DNA of 64,000 nt from Terriglobia bacterium (GTDB taxonomy: Bacteria; Acidobacteriota; Terriglobia; 20CM-2-55-15). The stretch lies in the NCBI GenBank assembly GCA_965198225.1, contig CBDAOY010000007.1:608001-672000 (forward strand). The letters run 5' to 3'. How positions within the stretch are numbered: the stretch's first letter is position 1; each line of letters starts with the position of its first letter. A model generated the notes under the pieces. That model had not been told where the DNA came from and made no database searches. It saw only the letters and a list, made by a program, of their open reading frames with translations. Positions 1 through 10,505 of this stretch are shown here, in pieces. The position numbers and the translations under genes were made by a program.

Positions 1-1269
1 TCGGTCACGTTCAAGCACCCGCTCGAAGTGATCGAGGGCCAGCCCGATGTTGCCCTTTCGGAAATGAACCGTACCCAGCGCGTAGAGCGCTTCGGGAAAG
101 TTCAGCACGTATTTGAGCGATTCCTCATAAAGCGCCATCGCCCGATCCAGTTCCCGGCGGGAAAACCACACATTCCCCAGGTAGTAGTAGGCCTGGTAGC
201 TGGACGGATTGAGCTCGATCGATCGCTCGAAGGACGGTTCAGATCCGTCGAAGTTGCCGGCCTGGAGTAGGGTCACACCGAGTCGGAGGTGGGCGATCTC
301 GTAGTCGGGGTTTCGTTCGATCACCGCACGATACTCGGCGACAGCGGCCTCGGTTTCTTCAAGCCCGGCAAGATAATCGCCGAGCAGGATTCGGCCCTCG
401 ACGAATCCCGGAGCAAGTTCCACCGCCTTCCGGTACAGATGCTCGACGTCTTCGGCGTCGTCCGCAGCCGAGACCGCCTGGGCCAAACCGATGTAGGAGC
501 GAAAATGCCCTGGACTCAATTCCAGGGCCCGTTCGAAACTCTCCTTTGCACGTTGGTAATCGGCTTTGATCAGCCAGTAGTTGCCGACTTCGTAATGGAT
601 CAGCGCCAGGTCGTCGGACAGCGATGCGGCCTTGAGGATCGCGTTCTCCTGGCGTCGCGTGCTTGGGTTGAGTTTCCACCTCACGAACCAGTTGAGCGGG
701 TCGTCCGGTTCCAGTTCGATCGCGCGTGCGATCCTCGTCAGTGCCGAGCGGTCACCGCCAGGCTTGAACTCGTCGAGTAGGCTGATCGCCTCCAGCCGGA
801 GACCCAACGCCTCGTGCGCCGAGCAATCCATCTTGGAGATTGACGGAGTGTTCGTGGCCGCGGCCGGTCCCGACATTCGGCTCGATTCCAGAGCCGCGAC
901 CGCGTCATCCCAATTTGCTTCGTGCGCCTCTTCATTGAGTCGCTGTTCCAAGGCCAAGAACAGCAACGCTTCCGCCAGATGCAACCGATACAGGCAATTA
1001 TCCGGTTTGAGGTCTACGGTTTGACGGAACAACTCCGCAGCGCGGCTGTAGGACGTAGGAGTAAATTCTCGGAAAGAGGCCAGGCCTTTGTCGAACAACA
1101 ATTGTTCGGCCGTCGGTGGGGGAGGCAGACGGCTGATTCTGGTCCGGGAACATCCGGCGACTACGGCCAGCAGGGCAATCAGAGCGACGAAACCGGGCCG
1201 CAGAGTGACGATACCGGCTCGGAGTTTCCGGCGAGTGCGAACGCTCGCGGAAGACGCGACAGCAGGCAT
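1..1269 (-). CDS. TPR-repeat lipoprotein (3' end runs off the window)
   Basis: Read manually: ATG at 1269 gives MPAVASS...GFVALIALLAVVAGC (lipobox), followed by TPR-like helices such as ALYALGTVHFRKGNIGLALDHFERVL. Absent from the ORF track, presumably because it lacks a stop inside the window. Confidence 0.75.
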   Translation of the reverse strand, partial: MPAVASSASVRTRRKLRAGIVTLRPGFVALIALLAVVAGCSRTRISRLPPPPTAEQLLFDKGLASFREFTPTSYSRAAELFRQTVDLKPDNCLYRLHLAEALLFLALEQRLNEEAHEANWDDAVAALESSRMSGPAAATNTPSISKMDCSAHEALGLRLEAISLLDEFKPGGDRSALTRIARAIELEPDDPLNWFVRWKLNPSTRRQENAILKAASLSDDLALIHYEVGNYWLIKADYQRAKESFERALELSPGHFRSYIGLAQAVSAADDAEDVEHLYRKAVELAPGFVEGRILLGDYLAGLEETEAAVAEYRAVIERNPDYEIAHLRLGVTLLQAGNFDGSEPSFERSIELNPSSYQAYYYLGNVWFSRRELDRAMALYEESLKYVLNFPEALYALGTVHFRKGNIGLALDHFERVLERDR

Positions 1270-1282
1270 GGGTGAAATTCTA

Positions 1283-2449
1283 TCACGACAGTTCCGATCC
1301 CCTCTGGAGGGATGCTCTGCCATATCTTTCACGGATTTCGTCCACGGTGTGGTCGAGCTTTTTGGAGGGCTCCGAGCCGGAAAACAGACCCAACTGGGCC
1401 GGCCGCTCACCCTCACGGCTTAGCTGGCCCGCACCCACACCGATGAGGCGGATCTTTTCCGTGAGCGGGAAGCTTTCGAAGAGGGGGAGCGCAGCTTCGA
1501 AGATCTCGCGACCGGTTTCGATCGGTCGTGGAATCGTCGTCTGTCGCGTGTGGGTCGTGAAGCTCGCGTACCGAAGCTTCAGTGTGATTTGCCCGGCCCG
1601 ATACTTGCCCTTGCGCAATCTTCCGGCGACCTGTTCTGAGAGTTTGCGGAGTGTTCGCACAAGCCGGTCCGCGTCGGCAGTATCGGACTCGAATGTCGTC
1701 TCGGTACTGATTGATTTCGGTTCCCAACCCGACGCGACCGGCCGGTCATCTTCGCCTCGAGACAGATGCCACAGGTGTTCGCCTGCTGCTCCCATTTCCT
1801 GGACCAGCGTGGCACGGCCGAGACCGGAAAGATCGGAGATGGTGCAAACCCCCATGCTCCGGAGTCGCGTTTCGGTCTTAGGCCCGACGCCCCAAAGACG
1901 GGAAATGGGCAAGTCAGCCAGAAACTGAAGGACTTGATCTGGCTCTACGAGGACCAGCCCGTCCGGCTTCTGTAGATCGGAAGCCAGTTTGGCGAGGAAC
2001 TTGTTGGGAGCAAGACCGACCGACGCGGTCAGCTCGGTACGTTCGCGGATAGTTCGCTTGACGTCTCGTGCGATCTCGAGCGCCGGTCCCATCAGTGCTA
2101 TCGAACCGGTGATGTCCAGGAACGCCTCGTCGATACTGAATGGCTCGACGAGGTCGGTGTAGGCGCGGAGGATCTCCATGATGATCCCGGACACATCGCT
2201 GTAGTGGTTGAATCGCGGCCGGACGTATTTCGCCTGCGGGCAAAGCTTCCAGGCTCTACTGATCGGAAGCGCCGACCGGATTCCGAACTTGCGGGCTTCG
2301 TAGGAACACGCGGCGACGACGCCCCGGCCCCTCCCGTTCTTCGGGTCGGCGCCCACGATGACCGGTCGACCCTTCAATGCGGGATGATCCCGCTGCTCGA
2401 CGGAAGCGTAGAAGGCATCCATATCGACGTGTAAGATGGATCGGGTCAT
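1283..2449 (-). CDS. dinB: DNA polymerase IV (Y family)
   Basis: ILHVDMDAFYASVEQ, CSYEAR, SIDEAFLD and NKFLAKLASD motifs. Confidence 0.97.
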   Translation of the reverse strand: MTRSILHVDMDAFYASVEQRDHPALKGRPVIVGADPKNGRGRGVVAACSYEARKFGIRSALPISRAWKLCPQAKYVRPRFNHYSDVSGIIMEILRAYTDLVEPFSIDEAFLDITGSIALMGPALEIARDVKRTIRERTELTASVGLAPNKFLAKLASDLQKPDGLVLVEPDQVLQFLADLPISRLWGVGPKTETRLRSMGVCTISDLSGLGRATLVQEMGAAGEHLWHLSRGEDDRPVASGWEPKSISTETTFESDTADADRLVRTLRKLSEQVAGRLRKGKYRAGQITLKLRYASFTTHTRQTTIPRPIETGREIFEAALPLFESFPLTEKIRLIGVGAGQLSREGERPAQLGLFSGSEPSKKLDHTVDEIRERYGRASLQRGSELS

Positions 2450-2499
2450 AGTAGTCAGAACGCTGTGGACCGTTGGGATCTGAGCGGCGGTCTGTGACC

Positions 2500-2636
2500 G
2501 CCGGTTTTTCCTGGGGGATTGCTTCGCGTCTCTTTCCGACTTTGCTGCTTAGCGAACACCCGGGGACAGGGCCAGGCCCCTGTCCCCCTCACATTGGCTC
2601 TCTCGCGGATCCTTCCGCTGAGCAACGGCCAACGAA
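2500..2636. repeat. Intergenic palindromic repeat, family B (core ACACCCGGGGACAGGGCCAGGCCCCTGTCCCC)
   Basis: Core at 2556-2588; homologous copies at 3254, 49521 (reverse) and 57154, the first two also sharing the flank CTCACATTGG. Confidence 0.85.
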
Positions 2637-2639
2637 CAA

Positions 2640-3089
2640 CTAGATGTGGTACATCACCTGGCGTTCGCGGGTCCGGACTTGCTGCACGAGGTTGGCGAAA
2701 GTGATGCCGTTCAGGACCGAACCGATCGCCCGGTCGACGTCGGCCCAGATCGGCTTGAACTGGCATGTGCCTTCGCGGTCACAATCGTCGGCGAAGTTGC
2801 CCGATTCGAGGCAAGACAGTTGCACGAAAGGTCCGCTGACGCTGCGGATGACGTCACCGACGGTGATCTCTTCGGGCGGGCTGGCCAGCACGTAGCCTCC
2901 TTCGGTTCCGCGCTTGCTCCGCACGATGTCGACCCTCTTGAGGATCTGCATGATCTGGAACAGAAACTTGGTGGGAATTCCCTGCCGGTCGGCGATGTCC
3001 TGGACCCGAATTGGCGTGTCGGGGTCGTAATTGAGCGCTAACTCCAGCACGGCCGAACACGCATATTCGTCCTTGGCGGAGATCTTCAC
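2640..3089 (-). CDS. Rrf2 family transcriptional regulator (IscR/CymR-like, three Cys)
   Basis: N-terminal wHTH, SKRGTEGGYVLA motif, C-terminal C...C...C. Confidence 0.93.
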   Translation of the reverse strand: MKISAKDEYACSAVLELALNYDPDTPIRVQDIADRQGIPTKFLFQIMQILKRVDIVRSKRGTEGGYVLASPPEEITVGDVIRSVSGPFVQLSCLESGNFADDCDREGTCQFKPIWADVDRAIGSVLNGITFANLVQQVRTRERQVMYHI

Positions 3090-3240
3090 GTTGGAAATAT
3101 AACATCTAGTAGTCAGTAGTCAGTCGGGCAACGCAGGCTCGAGCGAGCGTTGCTAAAGAGAAGACTGCCACTCACTTCGGCCAGTGAGTGAGAAATGACG
3201 AGTATAGAGTCAGGATGGTTGGCGACGAGTCGCCGCCGGC

Positions 3241-3336
3241 TCTGCTTAAGCGGACACCCGGGGATAGGGCCAGGCCCCTCTCACATTGGTTCTCTCGCGG
3301 ATCGTACCGCTTAACGGACAACGGCCTACGACCTAC
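3241..3336. repeat. Family B repeat copy ending in the family C terminus CAACGGCCTACG
   Basis: ACACCCGGGGATAGGGCCAGGCCCCT-CTCACATTGG...ACAACGGCCTACG. Confidence 0.8.
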
Positions 3337-3347
3337 TTCTTCTCCCC

Positions 3348-4013
3348 CTACGCGAGCCGTTCGCTGGCCAGGGCCTGCAGGGCCCGGTCCTTGTAGGCTT
3401 CGATATGCCGCGCCATGAGCTCTGCGGCACCAGCCGAGTCCCGGGCTTCGATCGCCCGCACGATGTCGTGATGGTCGTCGAAGGCGACTCCGTCGTACGG
3501 TCCGTAGTGTTCGTAGATCAGGTACACCAGACGTTCGATCTGGTTGCGGAGGTCGGATATGATGCGGGTCAGCCGACGATTCCCGCAGCCTTCCGCGACG
3601 AGTTGGTGAAAATCCAGGTCGGTCTCGATGAAACTCACGAAGTCGTCCTGTTGCGACTGTTTTTTTTCGGTCCGCAGATTTTCCCGCAGCGCCTCGAGGA
3701 ACCTCGGGCTCGGGTTGCGTGCGGCCATTTCCGCAGCGTAAGGCTCAAGAACCAGCCGAATCTGGTACAACTCGTGAAGATCCTGCAGGTTGACGGGACT
3801 CACGATGTAGCCCTTATAGGGAATCGAGTGCAGGAGGTCTTCTTTCAGAAGACGGTTACAGACTTCCCGGATCGGAGTACGGCTCATATTGAACTTGTTC
3901 GCCATTTCGATCTCCGTAAGTGAATCGCCCGGCTGGTATTTGCACGTGATGATGTCGGCTTTCAGCTGTTCGTAAATGCGATCAGCCAGTAACCTCGATT
4001 GGCTTTCAGACAC
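3348..4013 (-). CDS. GntR (FadR/FCD) family transcriptional regulator
   Basis: MSRTPIRE HTH, DLDFH and HHDIVRAI FCD motifs; GTG start at 4013 follows GGAGGG. Confidence 0.92.
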   Translation of the reverse strand: MSESQSRLLADRIYEQLKADIITCKYQPGDSLTEIEMANKFNMSRTPIREVCNRLLKEDLLHSIPYKGYIVSPVNLQDLHELYQIRLVLEPYAAEMAARNPSPRFLEALRENLRTEKKQSQQDDFVSFIETDLDFHQLVAEGCGNRRLTRIISDLRNQIERLVYLIYEHYGPYDGVAFDDHHDIVRAIEARDSAGAAELMARHIEAYKDRALQALASERLA

Positions 4014-4302
4014 CGTGGATTCCCTCCATTCATAACCGCCGTTAGTACGAGCCACGCGTTTGGGGATACTGCAACCGGTCCGATCCCGGAAAATGGATTT
4101 CGCTATACTTAGAACCCAGAAGTCCCGGAAACGTTACCAAAGTCGATCCACTTATTTTAGGTTCGGCATCGGACTCGGGTGAATCCGCTTCCAAAGGCTG
4201 CGGTTGGGGCGCAAAAAGGACCCGATTTGTCTATCAGGATGAGATGCTTAGGGAGAATCACGGACAATTGTATTCGAATGTAAATTCAAGTTGTCTTTCT
4301 AG

Positions 4303-7300
4303 CTGCTGGGAGTCTTTCTCGATCGATCGGAGATTGCCGTCACCGACAGCGGCATTACTGCCGTTGTCGGCCCGAACGGCTGTGGTAAGAGCAACATATC
4401 CGATGCAGTGGCCTGGGTCTTGGGCGAGCAACGCGCCCGATCGCTGCGCGGCGATCGGATGGAGGACGTCATCTTCAGCGGTACCCGTAATCGCTCGGCG
4501 CTGGGGATGGCTGAGGTCACGATCACCCTCGTCGATGAGGCCCCGGCGCACAACAACGGTGGGCCGCCCCCGGGTCCGGTGGAGGTCACGGTGCAACGCC
4601 GGCTCTTCCGATCGGGGGAGAGCCAGTATCTTTTGAATGGCCGTCCCTGTCGCCTGCTGGACATCCACGACATTTTTCTCGGCACCGGACTGGGGCCTCA
4701 CAGCTACGCCATCATCGAGCAGGGCCGAATCGGCCAGCTACTGAGCGCCCGGCCGTCGGATCGGCGCACCCTGGTCGAGGAGGCCGCCGGCATCACGAAG
4801 TTTCGGGCCAAACGTAAACTGGCCGAATCCCGCCTGGAAGCCGCCCGTCAGAATCTGTCCCGCGTGAACGACATCCTGGCCGAAGTGGAGCGCCAGCGGA
4901 ACTCGCTGAAGCGTCAGGCATCGAAGGCCCGCCGATACCGTGATTTGAGAAAACGACTGCGAGGAGTCCTGTCAGCCGTTTTTTCCACCCGGGCCGAGTC
5001 GCTGATCGACCAACAGGATCGTGTGGAGACCGCGCTGGTCGGAATGGCGTCCGAGGGCCAGCGCCTGGAGTCTCGGATCGCCGAATTGGATGAACTAGTC
5101 CACCAATGTCGCATCGATGTGGAGACCCAGGAGAGACGCCTCGAGGAATCCCGCGAGAAGCATTCGGCCACGGAGTTGGAGCACGAGAAGGCCGCGCAGC
5201 GGTTGGAGCGTTTACAGGATCAGATAAGCGCATTCGAAGAGCGATCCCAAGAGTTGGCCGGCGAAAAGGCTCGGGTGACACGGGAGTTGGAGGCCAACCG
5301 ACGGGAACTCGGACAGTGCAACTCACGCCTGATCGAGTTGGAGCGGACCGTTTCGGAAGTGCGTAGTCAACTCGAGCAATCGCTTGAGGCGCTCGAAACC
5401 ACTTCCGGCCGACGCTCCGGAGAGGAAGCCGCGATCGAGGGCCTTCGGAACCAGCGATTCTCCATCGTCGGTCAGGAAGCCCAGATCCGCAACGAGCTCT
5501 CCAGCCGCGCCGAGATGATCCAGAGGCTCGAAGCGCAGTCCGATCGGATCGAGGCCGAGGAGAAACAGGCGCGTGTCGCGGCTGAGGATTGTCGTACGCG
5601 GTTGCGGGCGGCTGAGCTGGAGCAGTCCTCTCGACAATCTGAAGTCCGCCGGCTCAGCGACGAGCGCCAAAGGGCCGAGCGGGAATACGACAGTCTGAAA
5701 CTTCAACTGGCGGAGGCACAGAAGGCGGCTTCTGAGGCCCGTTCCAGTGAAGAGGGTGTCCGTAATCGCCTGGAAACGATCCGCGAGCTGTCGCTCGATC
5801 GCGCCTACGGCACGGAATCGGTGCAGCAGTTCTTCAGTCACGTGTGGGACGAATCGTGGGCCCCCCTGGGGATACTGGCAGATTTCATCGAAGTCCAACC
5901 CGACTATGAAACCGTGGTGGAAGACCTCCTGCACGCGGAACTTCAATACGTCGTCGTTCGGGACCTGGTGCACGCTGAGAAGGCACTGGGAATCGCCCGC
6001 AACGCGACCCGGGGCAGACTGGATTTTCTCGTGCTCGAAACGGATCAGGAACTTCCGTCGGCGATGGAAGAAGTGCCGGAAGCCATTCGCGTCGCCGACG
6101 TCATCCGACTCGATGATCATGTAAAACACTTTTCTCGCCACATCTCCAATGCTTACATCGTCGACGACCTCCAGCGTGCCTGGGACCTTTCGGAATCGCA
6201 TCCCGGCAAGACGTTCGTCGCAGGTAGCGGCGAAGTCGTCCGCGATCGCGTAATCAGCTGGGGTCAGCGGTCCGTCCACGGTCCTCTGTCATTGAAGCGC
6301 GAGATTCGGGATCTGGATCGACGCATCGAAGCTGCCCGAACCCGGACCGAGAGCGCCGTTGCTCTGGTCCGCGAGCTCGAATCGCGGATCGAGGCGTCTG
6401 ATCTGCTGAAGGCCGATCTGCTGAACCGGCTGCAGGATGCGGAGAAGGAAGCACTCGGACACGATCACAGCCTTCGAGCGCTTCGATCGGAGTTGGAACG
6501 GGTAGAGCAGCAAGTACGCGTCGCCGGCGCCGAGATCGAACGCTTCAAGGACGAACGCCGGGAACTGGAAGAAGCCCTGACAGCCGCGCGTTCCAGCCTC
6601 GCCGAGGTTTCGGCCCGGATGAAGGCAATCGACGAAGAACTCGAGACGCGGACACGATTGAGCGAAGAGCTCTGGGAGCGCTCCTCCCAGCTCGGAGCCG
6701 AGGTGGCCGACTTGCGATCGCGCTTTGCGGTCCTCGAGGAACGGGATGAGACGCTGGGCCGGGAACTGCGAAACCTGAAGACCCAGGTGGGAGAGTTGGA
6801 GGACCGGGGTGCGCGGGCGGACCGGCAGTCTGAAACGACCCGTGCGCAAATCGAAGAGACGCGGCGGTCCACTTCAGCCGGAGAGACGGCCCGACAGGAT
6901 CTGCTTCGCAAGCGAGGGGAGCTGGACCAGGTCATCTCTTCGGCGACGGAACGGCTCGATGGCCTGAGACAGGAACTCCACGAAGCGGAATCCGGCTGGG
7001 ACGAAGCCAGAGGAGAACTGGATTCGTGGAAGGACCGTCACAACGAGCGGGAAATCGAGAAGACTCGCGTGGACGCCGATATCGAACACCTGGTGTCCCT
7101 GTGCTTCAGCGAGCTGGGGGAGACCATCGAATCGGTGTGCCTGGATAGTTTCGAAACATTGACTCCAGAGGCACTGGAGGAGTCTGAGGCTGAATATCAG
7201 GAACTGCGGCAGAAGCTCGATTCGATGGGTAGCGTCAACATGATGGCCGTCGAAGAATACGATGAGGCACAGCAAAGGTTCGAGTTCCTGACGACGCAGC

Positions 7301-7818
7301 GTCAGGATCTGTTGGATTCGATCCGCGATACCGCGCAGGCGATCGATGAGATCGACACCGTTTGCCGGAGGCAGTTCAAAGATGCGTTTGGGCAGATCAA
7401 TGACCGATTCCAGGCTGCGTTCGTGGAACTGTTCGGCGGAGGCCACGGCGAGTTGCGCCTGATCGACCAGGGGGAGGCCGCCGACGGGGGTATCGAAATC
7501 GTGGCTCAGCCTCCCGGCAAGAAGCTGCAGAATGTCTTGCTTCTCTCCGGCGGTGAGAAGGCGCTGGCCGCGCTATCGCTGCTGATCGCGCTGTTCCAAT
7601 TCAAACCGAGTCCTTTCTGCGTCCTCGACGAGGTCGACGCACCACTCGACGATGCCAACATCGATCGGTTTGCCCACTTGATCCGAGAGATGAGCGAAGA
7701 GACGCAGTTCATCGTTATCACGCACTCCAAGCGCACGATGGAAACGGCCAACCAGCTCTACGGAGTTACGATGGAAGAGCCGGGGATTTCCAAGGTCGTG
7801 TCGGTAAGATTGAATTGA
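4303..7818 (+). CDS. smc: Chromosome segregation protein SMC (5' end damaged in this sequence)
   Basis: Walker A GPNGCGKSN is in frame upstream of the ORF-track start (4408); coiled coils, hinge, LSGGE and LDEVDAPLD present; in-frame TAG at 4300-4302. Confidence 0.93.
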   Translation: MLGVFLDRSEIAVTDSGITAVVGPNGCGKSNISDAVAWVLGEQRARSLRGDRMEDVIFSGTRNRSALGMAEVTITLVDEAPAHNNGGPPPGPVEVTVQRRLFRSGESQYLLNGRPCRLLDIHDIFLGTGLGPHSYAIIEQGRIGQLLSARPSDRRTLVEEAAGITKFRAKRKLAESRLEAARQNLSRVNDILAEVERQRNSLKRQASKARRYRDLRKRLRGVLSAVFSTRAESLIDQQDRVETALVGMASEGQRLESRIAELDELVHQCRIDVETQERRLEESREKHSATELEHEKAAQRLERLQDQISAFEERSQELAGEKARVTRELEANRRELGQCNSRLIELERTVSEVRSQLEQSLEALETTSGRRSGEEAAIEGLRNQRFSIVGQEAQIRNELSSRAEMIQRLEAQSDRIEAEEKQARVAAEDCRTRLRAAELEQSSRQSEVRRLSDERQRAEREYDSLKLQLAEAQKAASEARSSEEGVRNRLETIRELSLDRAYGTESVQQFFSHVWDESWAPLGILADFIEVQPDYETVVEDLLHAELQYVVVRDLVHAEKALGIARNATRGRLDFLVLETDQELPSAMEEVPEAIRVADVIRLDDHVKHFSRHISNAYIVDDLQRAWDLSESHPGKTFVAGSGEVVRDRVISWGQRSVHGPLSLKREIRDLDRRIEAARTRTESAVALVRELESRIEASDLLKADLLNRLQDAEKEALGHDHSLRALRSELERVEQQVRVAGAEIERFKDERRELEEALTAARSSLAEVSARMKAIDEELETRTRLSEELWERSSQLGAEVADLRSRFAVLEERDETLGRELRNLKTQVGELEDRGARADRQSETTRAQIEETRRSTSAGETARQDLLRKRGELDQVISSATERLDGLRQELHEAESGWDEARGELDSWKDRHNEREIEKTRVDADIEHLVSLCFSELGETIESVCLDSFETLTPEALEESEAEYQELRQKLDSMGSVNMMAVEEYDEAQQRFEFLTTQRQDLLDSIRDTAQAIDEIDTVCRRQFKDAFGQINDRFQAAFVELFGGGHGELRLIDQGEAADGGIEIVAQPPGKKLQNVLLLSGGEKALAALSLLIALFQFKPSPFCVLDEVDAPLDDANIDRFAHLIREMSEETQFIVITHSKRTMETANQLYGVTMEEPGISKVVSVRLN

Positions 7819-7943
7819 CAACTGCCGCACTCGGCGTCCACCATTCTTGTTTCGGGTCCGTGTCATCGTCGTCTGTTCATGTGCTTCCCGCGTGATTTGG
7901 TGACGCCGACAGGTCACCGGAAAGCCGACCCAGGTCGATTCCA

Positions 7944-8825
7944 ATGGTTTTGATACAAACAGAACTGCCCGGCATCAAGTTTCACGCAAGGGGAAAAGTT
8001 CGCGACATATACGATTTCGGGGATGCTCTGCTGTTCATCGCGACCGATCGCCTATCGGCTTTTGATGTCGTGTTACCGACTCCTATTCCCAACAAGGGCC
8101 GTGTCCTGACTCAGATGTCCCGATTCTGGTTCGATTTCTTCAAAGACGTCGTTCCCAACCACGTGATTTCGCTCGATGTCGATGACTACCCCGAGGAAGC
8201 CCGAGGATTTCGAGAGCAGATCGAAGGCCGCTCGATGCTCGTGAGACGGGCGGAAGTGTTTCCCGTGGAGTGCGTGGTACGTGGATACATCACGGGTTCG
8301 GGTTGGAAGGATTATCAGGAGTCAGGAAAAGTGTGCGGTATCACCCTTCCGACGGACCTCGTAGAGTCCGACAAGCTCGCCGAACCCATTTTCACGCCCG
8401 CGACCAAAGCCGCAACGGGTCATGACGAGAACATATCCGAGGCACAGGCGGCTGACATCATAGGAGCAGAGGCGGTGGGAAGGCTGCGGGATCTGTCCAT
8501 CGACATCTACAATCGAGCCGCGGAGTACGCGGCCGAGCGCGGAATCATAATTTGTGACACGAAGTTCGAATTCGGCACAATCGACGGCGAAATTACCATC
8601 GTCGATGAAATGCTGACCCCGGATTCTTCTCGGTTCTGGCCGGAATCGGAATACGAGCCGGGTAGATCACAGTCATCATTCGACAAGCAGTTCGTCCGGA
8701 ACTACCTGGAAGAGATCGATTGGAACAAACATCCTCCGGCACCTGAGCTCCCGGCCGGCGTGGTCGAAGGAACGAGCGCGAAGTACGCTGAGGCCTTTCG
8801 CCGACTTACAGGGTTGGAACTGTAG
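7944..8825 (+). CDS. purC: SAICAR synthetase
   Basis: RGKVRDIY, TDRLSAFD, DTKFEFG and TPDSSRFW motifs. Confidence 0.98.
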   Translation: MVLIQTELPGIKFHARGKVRDIYDFGDALLFIATDRLSAFDVVLPTPIPNKGRVLTQMSRFWFDFFKDVVPNHVISLDVDDYPEEARGFREQIEGRSMLVRRAEVFPVECVVRGYITGSGWKDYQESGKVCGITLPTDLVESDKLAEPIFTPATKAATGHDENISEAQAADIIGAEAVGRLRDLSIDIYNRAAEYAAERGIIICDTKFEFGTIDGEITIVDEMLTPDSSRFWPESEYEPGRSQSSFDKQFVRNYLEEIDWNKHPPAPELPAGVVEGTSAKYAEAFRRLTGLEL

Positions 8826-8886
8826 TGATCGCAGCGAGCGAATAGCCGCGCGGGAGGGGCCCTCAGCCTGAGCTGAAGACGAAGCT

Positions 8887-9444
8887 GTGAGCGAGTACTT
8901 CGCGGTATCGATCATTGATTTCACGCTGCTGGACTGGATCGTCCTGGGAATCGTCCTCTATTCGGTAGTCATGAGTGCCGTCCGCGGCTTCGTTCGCGAG
9001 GTGCTTGGACTCGCAACGGTCCTTGCTGCGCTCTTTCTCGCCGCGTGGTTTCATCGGGATCTCGGCATGCTGTTCCGGGACATTTTCAGCACGGAAAACC
9101 TTGCCCTCTTCTTTGGCTTCTCCCTGTTGTTCGTCGGCACGCTCATCGTTGGCTTTACGGTGATCTGGCTAGTCTACCGGTTCTTCCAGTTCGCGCGCAT
9201 CGAGTGGTTCGATCGTCTTCTTGGCGGGGCATTCGGATTCATTCGGGGTTGGTTGCTCGCTACCGTCATCTTCCTGGTCTTGACTTCGTTCGGGGTTCGG
9301 TCCGAGACCGTCCGGGATTCCGAACTTTCGCCCTACTTTCTTCACGGTTCCCGTGTCGTCGCTGCCGTCACTCCGTTCGAGTTGAAATCGAGATTCATGG
9401 TCGGATACGAAGAAGTTCAGCGATGGTGGAGAGAAAATCTGTGA
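8887..9444 (+). CDS. cvpA: CvpA (colicin V production) family membrane protein
   Basis: LDWIV...RGFVREV...DRLLGGAFGFIRG; follows purC. Confidence 0.9.
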   Translation: MSEYFAVSIIDFTLLDWIVLGIVLYSVVMSAVRGFVREVLGLATVLAALFLAAWFHRDLGMLFRDIFSTENLALFFGFSLLFVGTLIVGFTVIWLVYRFFQFARIEWFDRLLGGAFGFIRGWLLATVIFLVLTSFGVRSETVRDSELSPYFLHGSRVVAAVTPFELKSRFMVGYEEVQRWWRENL

Positions 9445-9512
9445 TGTAGGTGCGGCCTATGACCGCACATTCTTCGGACCGTGACAATGTGCGGTCATAG
9501 ACCGCCCCTACA
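9445..9512. repeat. REPIN, family A (paired inverted GTAG-type REPs)
   Basis: TGTAGGTGCGGCCTATGACCGCAC ... GTGCGGTCATAGACCGCCCCTACA. Confidence 0.88.
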
Positions 9513-9533
9513 CCAGCCCCGGGTGGGGCCGCA

Positions 9534-10505
9534 TTAAAGCTCTAACTCCACCCCCACGCCCATCTCTTTTGCGCGCCGGTAAGCCATGTCGGCGGCAACC
9601 AGGTCTTCCATCGCCATCCCAAGCGACTTGAACAACGTCACACGGTCGCTCGTGTCGGGGATCTGCTTCTTTCCTGAAACAACCTCATCCAGAGAGGCAA
9701 AGATATGATCCTTTGTGATTACCTCTTCCTCGATCGCGATGACGAGCTCGCCGGCTTCGGCCAAAGCGCCGTCGTAGGAGTCGACGACGAGAAGAGAGCC
9801 GGCGACCACGTCGGACCCGATCTCGCGGGTGTTCGGTCGGTAGGCTCCCATCGCGTTGATGTGAGCGCCTGGTTTCAGTGCCGACATCGGAAACAAGGGC
9901 TCCACGTTGGTCGTGCACGTGCAGATGATGTCGACTTCCTTCAGTTCGGATATTTCTCCGAGGGTGGTTGGAATGCCGAGGTGTTCATCGATCCTCGCTT
10001 TGAATTCGGCCCCCAGCCCGGGCGTTAACGGGAAGAGCACTATCTGCGAGATTGCGAACAGGCTCGTGAAGGCCTGAACGTGTCCCCAGGCCTGGACCCC
10101 TGTGCCGAAGATTCCCAGATGCTTTCCTCCTGCCTTACCGAGCTGCTCGGTCGCCAGCGCCGAAGCCACAGCCGTGCGTGCAGACGTCAGGTACTCCGCG
10201 TCCATCAGGCTCAGGATCTCGCCGGTTTCGGCACTGACGTACAAGTAGGCGGAATGAATCAGCGGAAGGTTCTTCGACGGGTTCTGACTCATGACCGTCA
10301 CCAACTTGAGTCCGGTTGAGCGCACGCTCTCGCCGTATGCCGGCATGAACAGCGACACGCCGTCGAATTGTTCCATTTCGATGACCGTTCTTAGCGGCAT
10401 TTCGCAGTTACCGTCGGCGAGCATCTGGAAGCCTTGTTTGAGGGGTTCAAAGAGCTCGACGTGAGGGAGGACTTTCGTTACGTCTTCACGAGACAGTATC
10501 AACAT
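9534..10505 (-). CDS. Ornithine cyclodeaminase/mu-crystallin family protein
   Basis: LTSARTA, GTGVQA, HINAMGA and FKSLGMAMEDL motifs. Confidence 0.93.
   Translation of the reverse strand: MLILSREDVTKVLPHVELFEPLKQGFQMLADGNCEMPLRTVIEMEQFDGVSLFMPAYGESVRSTGLKLVTVMSQNPSKNLPLIHSAYLYVSAETGEILSLMDAEYLTSARTAVASALATEQLGKAGGKHLGIFGTGVQAWGHVQAFTSLFAISQIVLFPLTPGLGAEFKARIDEHLGIPTTLGEISELKEVDIICTCTTNVEPLFPMSALKPGAHINAMGAYRPNTREIGSDVVAGSLLVVDSYDGALAEAGELVIAIEEEVITKDHIFASLDEVVSGKKQIPDTSDRVTLFKSLGMAMEDLVAADMAYRRAKEMGVGVELEL

Noticed and set aside
2450-2500. LexA box upstream of dinB, and likewise upstream of uvrB and the uvrC-like gene
   Set aside because: No convincing GTTC-N7-GTTC or CTGT-N8-ACAG match was found.
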